In this document: piece after piece, positions 61,503-64,000 of the stretch
Layout: each line of letters opens with the position of its first letter
How positions within the stretch are numbered: position 1 is the stretch's first letter
From: Pseudomonadota bacterium
GTDB taxonomy: Bacteria; Pseudomonadota; Gammaproteobacteria; Steroidobacterales; Woeseiaceae
Direction of reading: 5' to 3'
NCBI GenBank assembly: GCA_038747355.1
Contig: JBCDJX010000005.1
Location: 5,380 to 69,379 of the forward strand
DNA: 64,000 nt
Program-made: the position numbers and the translations under genes
Notes under the pieces: generated by a model
Seen by the model: only the letters and a program-made list of their open reading frames with translations
The model's database searches: none
Told to the model about the DNA's origin: nothing

Positions 61503-62324
61503 ATGGAACTGGTTGTTTTCGATCTCGATGGCACGTTGCTCAATCGCGACGCGCAAATCTCGGGCAGTACACGCGACACACTTGCGGCGTTGGCTGATCG
61601 AGGCATTGCCTACACCGTGGCAACCGGCCGCTCGCTGCATGCGTCTCGACGGCTGCTCGAGGGTCACGGCTTTTCACTGCCCCACGTGTTCAAGAACGGG
61701 GTGATTATCTGGGATCCACTCACCGGTAGCACGACCAACGAGAATTTCCTGACAACGGCTGAAATCGAACACGTGCTCACGGCGATTCTGGCGCAAAACA
61801 TCACGCCCTTTGTGGCCACTGTCGAACCCGGTCAACGACACGCGATTTACCACTCACCGACCACGAAAGAGGTGGAGTTGAATCTGATCAACGCCTTCGT
61901 GCTCAGCGAAGCAGACGCGGTCGCGCCGCTGGCGGAATTGCCGGCGGATGCCGACATCAGCAACATCAGCGCGATCGGCCCTCACGACGTAGTCCGACGC
62001 ATTGCCCTGCTTATTGAATCCGAGCCGCATCTCGTCGCGTATTCCGGCGATGCCTGGGAAGGCAACAACTGGGCGTGGATCGACATCCACCATACCGAGG
62101 CCAGCAAGGGCGGCGCGATTCGCTCGCTGAAGAGCCAGCTCGGCGTTAGTCGTGTTGTGTGTTTCGGTGACGGTGCAAACGATCTGAGCATGTTTGCCGA
62201 GGCCGACGAAGCGTATGCGCCGGCAAATGCGGAAGCGGATGTGCGAGCCGCGGCGACCGCGGTTATCGGCCATCACGACGAAGACGGTGTCGCACGCTTT
62301 CTTCGCGAGCGTTTCTCGCTTTAG
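61503..62324 (+). CDS. Cof-type HAD-IIB family hydrolase
   Basis: The ATG is at 61503. Motif I is VVFDLDGTLLN, followed by VATGRS and motif IV FGDGANDLSMF. Confidence 0.88.
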   Translation: MELVVFDLDGTLLNRDAQISGSTRDTLAALADRGIAYTVATGRSLHASRRLLEGHGFSLPHVFKNGVIIWDPLTGSTTNENFLTTAEIEHVLTAILAQNITPFVATVEPGQRHAIYHSPTTKEVELNLINAFVLSEADAVAPLAELPADADISNISAIGPHDVVRRIALLIESEPHLVAYSGDAWEGNNWAWIDIHHTEASKGGAIRSLKSQLGVSRVVCFGDGANDLSMFAEADEAYAPANAEADVRAAATAVIGHHDEDGVARFLRERFSL

Positions 62325-62356
62325 TCAGTCGCCGCGTCCCGGCGTCGTGCCACAGA

Positions 62357-63076
62357 CTAGCGCGGCTTCGTACCGCGGAAGCCCATGTGGATCGCCTGCA
62401 GCATGTCCGCCCAGACGGTCCAGCGGATGCGCCGAATAACCGACCGACGTATTTGTCGTTTTGCGTTGGCGTGTGCCCAGGTATCCAGCTTCTTCAGTTC
62501 GACCGCTTTGGCCGTGGCCTGTGTCACCAGGTCCTCGGGTTCAACCAGTTCGTCGAAGAAGCCCGCCTTCAGTGCAGCCTCGGTGTCAAACGACTCGCCC
62601 AGCGTCACTGCGCGCTGATACGCCGCCGGCAGGAGTCGGTGCTTCAGCATGGTCGCCGCCGTTCTTGGCATGGGCAAGCCGATCGCCACTTCATTTGCAG
62701 CCACCTGGTAGTCGCCGCGAGTTCCGATCACGTGATCGGCCGCCAGCATCAAGAAGACACCCATCGCCATGCAGTGGCCGTTGCAGGCGACGATGACCGG
62801 TCGGGGATGCGCCAGCACGCGGCCGGTCATGGCGTAGCCGGTTTTCAGCATGCGCAATGCCGCCGGGCCGCCGCGCTTCATAACCTTGAGATCGAAGCCC
62901 GCGGAAAACACATCGTCACGCCCGGTCAGGACCACGACAGCCTTGTCTGCTTCTGCGCGATCCAGGGCGTCGTTGATGCCTTTGAGAACGTCGGGCGACA
63001 AGGCATTGCGCTTTCCGTCGTCAATGCGGATTCGGGCAATGCCGTCGGCGAAGGAATAATGAACCGCATCAGTCAT
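62357..63076 (-). CDS. Enoyl-CoA hydratase/isomerase (crotonase) family protein
   Basis: VVVLTGRDDVFSAGFDLKVM is the oxyanion-hole motif, ACNGHCMAMGVFLMLAADH is present, and the length is about 239 aa. Confidence 0.88.
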   Translation of the reverse strand: MTDAVHYSFADGIARIRIDDGKRNALSPDVLKGINDALDRAEADKAVVVLTGRDDVFSAGFDLKVMKRGGPAALRMLKTGYAMTGRVLAHPRPVIVACNGHCMAMGVFLMLAADHVIGTRGDYQVAANEVAIGLPMPRTAATMLKHRLLPAAYQRAVTLGESFDTEAALKAGFFDELVEPEDLVTQATAKAVELKKLDTWAHANAKRQIRRSVIRRIRWTVWADMLQAIHMGFRGTKPR

Positions 63077-63119
63077 GCCGCGATTCTAGCGGGCAGTTGC
63101 CGGGTCGGCGACACTCGCG

Positions 63120-63755
63120 TCAGACGATACCTCGATCGAGCATCGAGGCGTAGGTCATTCCTGACGGGGTCATGCGGTACTCGACCGGCGTACCCCTCGC
63201 CGTGGAGCTGACGTCGAGCAGGCGATGCTCGCGCAGGTTTTCCAGCGCCCGCTGGATGCGGTCCGGCTTCATGTTGTGCACGTCTGCGAGTGATCGCGGT
63301 GTCAGGACGGCGTCTGTACCGAGCGCATAGGCCGAGGTCAGTACCGACAGCTCCACCTTGTTGAATTCCACAGAGCCCGTCTCCAGCGCTTTGCCGCCGC
63401 GTTTCGGCAGCCAGCGCCGCAGCCACAGCGTAACCGAGGTCCGCAGTCCGGCCACGCCCTGCGACGCTCGGTGTTCGAGACCGAACAGGTGACCCTCGAT
63501 GTCACGAGCGATGTTGCGTGCCAGGCGGCCGATCAGGGACAGCACGACGAGAACCAGGAACCAGCTAATCAGCGACAGCACGAAGACCATGGTGACGGGT
63601 TCCTCGCCATAGCGCAGGCCCAGCCAGTCGGCGTTGTCGGGGAAATACTCGAGCAGCAGGAACACGACGAGTCGGCCAGGTGCCGAAAATGCGTCATACA
63701 GTGTTACGAAAAAGCCGCCCACGTTAGCCACACCGTGATTTACCATCCACCTCAA
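63120..63755 (-). CDS. Membrane protein with C-terminal winged-helix (MarR-like) domain
   Basis: There are two or three N-terminal TM helices (GGFFVTLYDAF..LVVFLLLEYF and MVFVLSLISWFLVLVVLSLIG). A wHTH-like region follows: LSVLTSAYALGTDAVLTPRSLADVHNMKPDRIQRALENLREHRLLDV. Confidence 0.65.
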   Translation of the reverse strand: MRWMVNHGVANVGGFFVTLYDAFSAPGRLVVFLLLEYFPDNADWLGLRYGEEPVTMVFVLSLISWFLVLVVLSLIGRLARNIARDIEGHLFGLEHRASQGVAGLRTSVTLWLRRWLPKRGGKALETGSVEFNKVELSVLTSAYALGTDAVLTPRSLADVHNMKPDRIQRALENLREHRLLDVSSTARGTPVEYRMTPSGMTYASMLDRGIV

Positions 63756-63880
63756 ATCCTAGGGCGAATCGTGCCCCGACAGAAACCGCGCAGTTCACAG
63801 TTCTGCGTCCGGGGACGATCCACCAGGCGCGGTTTCTTACCTCGAATCAACGCCATGCTTATCAACGACGGAGCACACGC

Positions 63881-64000
63881 ATGAAAGCTGTTTGGAATGG
63901 ACATACCATTGCCGAATCGGACGACACGGTTGTCGTCGAGAACAACCACTACTTCCCGGTCGAGTCCGTCGACCCGGCGGTGTTGAAGGCCAGCGACACC
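63881..64000 (+). CDS. DUF427 family protein, 3' end beyond the window
   Basis: ATG at 63881. MKAVWNGHTIAESDDTVVVENNHYFPVESV matches the N-terminus typical of DUF427 proteins as I recall it. The frame is open to the window end. Confidence 0.7.
   Translation, partial: MKAVWNGHTIAESDDTVVVENNHYFPVESVDPAVLKASDT

Overview
Visibly GC-rich chromosomal segment from a Gram-negative bacterium. Gene content suggests a gammaproteobacterium, possibly a marine oligotroph; this taxonomic guess is low confidence. All family calls come from reading motifs by eye, with no database search. I support about 58 protein genes, one tRNA-Phe(GAA), several rho-independent terminators and a few regulatory DNA motifs. 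I saw no rRNA, CRISPR array, transposase, integrase or phage genes, so this looks like core or accessory chromosome rather than a mobile island.

Gene content in order:
- TPR protein plus an anti-sigma-less ECF sigma.
- Thioesterase, MMPL::LolA-like fusion and OM barrel operon.
- AhpD-like, TrxA and TlpA redox genes.
- An 820-aa orphan secreted protein.
- DUF1800/DUF1501 pair.
- RND efflux pair.
- S9 peptidase, D-aminoacylase and BASS transporter.
- An ECF-sigma module: CHRD protein, 4x-repeat COG4315-type lipoprotein, sigma, anti-sigma and S8 subtilase.
- An RHH, PspA, YqiJ and flotillin membrane-stress operon.
- A LacI-controlled locus: TonB receptor, SGLT-type symporter, GFO, AKR and TauD enzymes.
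- A CrbS/CrbR-type acetate-switch neighbourhood: DUF4212 plus large symporter subunit, DcaP-like porin, DUF294 nucleotidyltransferase and DEDD exonuclease.
- Assorted hydrolases.

Most interesting candidates for an undescribed system:
1. The ECF module, where one promoter motif (TGAACCTT-N15-kGTkAACG) occurs three times. In the same module the anti-sigma periplasmic domain looks like a subtilase I9 propeptide and is translationally coupled to an S8 protease.
2. The thioesterase / MMPL-LolA-like fusion / OM barrel operon.
3. The RHH-PspA-YqiJ-flotillin operon, which has a helically phased GNTAA repeat array upstream.
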